From a virus, in IMG/VR virus record IMGVR_UViG_3300045988_103014, positions 141,780-194,171 of that record: a stretch of DNA of 52,392 nucleotides. One strand, written 5' to 3'. The notes under the pieces are model-generated. The model was not told the DNA's origin and did not search any database. It saw only the letters and a list, made by a program, of their open reading frames with translations. Positions within the stretch are counted from its first letter, which is position 1. Each line of letters begins with the position of its first letter. The translations under genes and the position numbers were made by a program. Below are positions 50,531 to 52,392 of this stretch, one piece after another.

Positions 50531-50758
50531 ATGAACGATACAATGAAAATAATAATGATGAACATGCTCGGCGGTGCGGACAGTTTGGTTCGTGAGTATG
50601 GAGATGAAGAGGTTCTTGAGCCTTGGTTAATGTGTGGCGTTCCCGATGGTGCGACAGTAGAGGACTTGGCAGAAATTGCTGATGACCTCGACGGGTTCAT
50701 CGACATCATGGAGTGCTTTGTGCGTCGGCTCAAGCAGATTAAGGAAAGCGAGGGGTAA
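50531..50758 (+). CDS. small acidic protein (75 aa)
   Basis: D/E-rich; its stop codon lies in the loop of the T17 terminator. Confidence 0.45.
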   Translation: MNDTMKIIMMNMLGGADSLVREYGDEEVLEPWLMCGVPDGATVEDLAEIADDLDGFIDIMECFVRRLKQIKESEG

Positions 50759-50785
50759 AACCCTCGTATTTTTTTTTTTTTTTTT
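50748..50785 (+). terminator. terminator with 17-T homopolymer
   Basis: CGAGGG-GTAAAA-CCCTCG followed by TA + T17. Confidence 0.65.
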
Positions 50786-50796
50786 GCAAAAAACAC

Positions 50797-50825
50797 TTGA
50801 CAAGTGCGGCCAGCTATGGTATAAT
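50797..50825 (+). promoter_or_regulatory. strong promoter reading into GC-rich island
   Basis: TTGACA-17-TGgTATAAT immediately after the T17 terminator. No RBS or ORF follows for ~270 nt. Confidence 0.5.
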
Positions 50826-50831
50826 AAAAGT

Positions 50832-51110
50832 GAGCTAGAACGGGCCGCGGACGAAGGAGCAGGCCCGAATTTCCGCCCGCACACCCCATATGCAAATTTC
50901 TCCGTACTTCTAGCATATGCCGCATATGCGCACATTTTTCCCGAAAACCTAGGTCGGCCCGCCGCCGGGCGCATGCACTCGCCGGTCCGGAATTGCCGAA
51001 AGCCTTAACTAATTTCTGGGCCCGCGGGACCGGGCCGCCGCATATGCGAGAATTCCTAGAATTCTCACGAGCATGGCTCTAGCCGAGCCACGCTCCAGTT
51101 AATGCCATTG
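50832..51110 (+). other. GC-rich (~60% GC) palindrome-dense island, transcribed from strong promoter; candidate structured RNA, ori or packaging site
   Basis: Sharp composition break against the AT-rich surroundings. Four copies of GCATATGC-type palindromes, GAGAATTCCTAGAATTCTC, CCCGCGGG and GGGCCCGCGGGACCGGGCC. No RBS-bearing ORF. Confidence 0.3.
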
Positions 51111-51158
51111 TCAATATTTAGGATGCACAATGCTTCTGACGTGTTGTTGTCAGCAAAC

Positions 51159-51250
51159 TTGACAATGATATAAAATTTTGCTATAATATAATTGGGGGGA
51201 GCAAAATTAAAGAACGGTAATTTGATTTTCTAAAAAAAATATGGTACAAT
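51159..51250 (+). promoter_or_regulatory. two tandem promoters for 51284 gene
   Basis: TTGACA-18-TATAAT (51159-51188) and TTGATT-17-TGgTACAAT (51222-51250). A degenerate GTCAATA/TGCACAAT operator lies upstream. Confidence 0.45.
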
Positions 51251-51283
51251 ATATATAGATAAAATGAAAAGGAGATATGTCAA

Positions 51284-51751
51284 ATGGTTAACCAGAACGA
51301 TATTTTGAAGGCGCTCCAGGAGGGCCAGGACGCTGGCACAATCGCCCAGCAGATGACTGATGCACTGAACGCCGCAATCGCACAGAAGAAGAAGATTGAT
51401 GCTGATAAGGCGAAGACTGAGCAGGAGAAGAAGATGCAGGCTGCCCGCAAGGAGCAGATTATGCAGGACATCCTGAACTCTATCTTTGACTTCATTGACG
51501 AGTTTTATCCTGACTTTGCAGTTCCAGCAGAGCTTGAGGAGCAGATGACTGCTGCCGCAGTAATCGAGTCTATGGACAAGGCCGCTGCCGAGGTAAAGGA
51601 ACTCGTGGCGCAGATGAAGGAGTTCGAGGCTATGCTGAAGAACTCAGATAAGCCAAAAGTAAAGGCAAATGAAACAGCAAACACTGTTCGTAAGCCTGCG
51701 GCTCCAGATAAGATTATTCTGGACTTCTTGCGCTCACAGGGCTTGGCATAA
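51284..51751 (+). CDS. hypothetical helical protein with GC-richer, host-like codon usage (155 aa)
   Basis: Classical AAAGGAG RBS rather than the cassette leader. Two tandem promoters upstream and two terminators downstream. Third-position G/C usage is clearly higher than in the rest of the window. Confidence 0.5.
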   Translation: MVNQNDILKALQEGQDAGTIAQQMTDALNAAIAQKKKIDADKAKTEQEKKMQAARKEQIMQDILNSIFDFIDEFYPDFAVPAELEEQMTAAAVIESMDKAAAEVKELVAQMKEFEAMLKNSDKPKVKANETANTVRKPAAPDKIILDFLRSQGLA

Positions 51752-51780
51752 GCATAAGGCTTCTAAGAACGAACATAAGG

Positions 51781-51812
51781 AACCCCGGCAAATACTCGCT
51801 GGGGTTCTTTTG
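51781..51812 (+). terminator. terminator after 51284 gene
   Basis: AACCCCGGC-loop-GCTGGGGTT + CTTTTG. Confidence 0.55.
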
Positions 51813-51848
51813 CGTCCTAAAAATTAAATCAGAGCAGGCAAAATGATA

Positions 51849-51885
51849 AGGCTTCTCCTCTGTCGAGGGAAGCCTGTTTTTCTTT
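51849..51885 (+). terminator. second (possibly bidirectional) terminator
   Basis: AGGCTTCTCC/GAGGGAAGCCT stem + GTTTTTCTTT; an A-run upstream could serve the minus strand. Confidence 0.45.
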
Positions 51886-51998
51886 ATATTTAATTAGGAT
51901 AGCGATGACGATGACGGTGAAATGGACCGCATGTTCCAGGCGAGCCGGGCGCACGCATATCTCACCATTTCTCACATTTCATCGCAATTTTTACCCTT

Positions 51999-52392
51999 TT
52001 ATCTCTTTCCAGAAGTCACAGAAGTTGGAGTCGCAATCGGTTTAACCTCCAAACTCCACATTCCAACAGCCAAAGCAATAGGGTCCCAGTCATCTGCGAC
52101 ATAATGTAGAAACTCATCTGCGGTCGTCGGTGTAAAACCTTCACTCTGCTCTGAATGTGTACACTTATGAGAAGCCTGCGGCTTCTCTGTTTTCTGTGGC
52201 TTTGGCTTTGGCTTATCAACTGCCTTTGAGCGCGAAGCGCTCAAATAATCAAACGGATTATCATATTCCGTTACACCACCATCGGGACTAATATGCCCCA
52301 TAACCACCATATTTTTAACTAATATACTCTCATACTTACCCGGTTTAACCAGAGCATAAACAATATTTCTTTTAACCTGAGACAACTTATCA
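51999..52392 (-). CDS. hypothetical protein, possibly N-terminally truncated by window end
   Basis: Minus-strand ORF 51999..52385 with an M near the window edge; Pro/Lys-rich linker (KPKPKPQKTEKPQ). Confidence 0.3.
   Translation of the reverse strand, partial: DKLSQVKRNIVYALVKPGKYESILVKNMVVMGHISPDGGVTEYDNPFDYLSASRSKAVDKPKPKPQKTEKPQASHKCTHSEQSEGFTPTTADEFLHYVADDWDPIALAVGMWSLEVKPIATPTSVTSGKR

Noticed and set aside
50627-51008. ORFs 50627-50974 (-) and 50676-51008 (+) inside the GC-rich island
   Set aside because: Both span a promoter and a terminator, lack RBS, and are Ala/Arg/Pro/Gly-rich as expected from GC-rich non-coding DNA.
50830-51110. Cluster of restriction-site-like palindromes (NdeI x3, EcoRI x2, AvrII, SphI, SacII, ApaI) as a synthetic multiple-cloning-site or vector artefact
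   Set aside because: It cannot be proven from sequence alone. The island is flanked on both sides by the phage's own idiosyncratic promoter and operator motifs (TTTTTCCCGAAAAC inside, GTCAATA/TGCACAAT at its right end). That argues for native DNA, so it is reported as a finding rather than dismissed.
29330-51800. Integrase / excisionase / attachment site indicating prophage boundary
   Set aside because: No tyrosine- or serine-recombinase-like ORF and no tRNA-flanked direct repeats were found in the window. A prophage state cannot be excluded but is not supported here.

Overview
AT-rich double-stranded DNA phage (or prophage) segment with two divergently transcribed halves. The host is probably a low-GC Gram-positive bacterium, judged from TTGACA-N17-TATAAT promoters and GGAGG/GAGAGG ribosome-binding sites. 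(1) Positions 1-29329 on the minus strand hold a classical late/structural operon. It leaves a back-to-back divergent promoter at ~29350-29390 and reads leftward through a regulator-like gene, terminase small and large subunits, a small endonuclease-like insertion, portal, head morphogenesis genes, a major capsid candidate (followed by a 13-bp-stem terminator), neck proteins, a major tail protein (followed by a terminator), chaperone-like genes, a 3214-aa tape measure protein and a partial tail-tip gene. (2) Positions 29388-51800 on the plus strand are an accessory/early region. It begins with one 4.7-kb operon encoding a FolD homologue, an AbrB-like regulator, two SLOG-like paralogues and a DUF488 protein. 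Then come about 45 single-gene 'moron-like' cassettes, each with its own near-consensus sigma-70-type promoter, a nearly invariant 5' leader/RBS (AATTATAGAAAGTGAGAGAGGTAAtgagtATG) and hairpin terminators. Recognisable products include a split T4-Pnk-like kinase and HAD phosphatase, a compact 2H (LigT/Acb1-like) phosphoesterase, a nucleoside 2-deoxyribosyltransferase-fold protein, two paralogous DEDDh exonucleases, zinc-ribbon proteins, a HExxH protein, very acidic small proteins, and a triplicated winged-helix gene family. Each winged-helix gene sits behind a triple tandem promoter stack. Around 14 cassettes share a conserved composite regulatory module: a GC-rich hairpin, a TTATACCACA box, and a nested palindrome (GTCAATAGG ... 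TGCACAAAT - N12-22 - ATTTGTGCA ... CCTATTGACA) whose outer right arm is the -35 element, with a conserved TTTTCCCGAAAT spacer. Other features are CA-only low-complexity spacers, candidate small non-coding transcripts, a ~60% GC palindrome-dense island behind a T17 terminator and strong promoter at 50.8-51.1 kb, and a compositionally distinct gene at the right edge. Coordinates of regulatory motifs were read by eye and should be taken as +/-2 nt.
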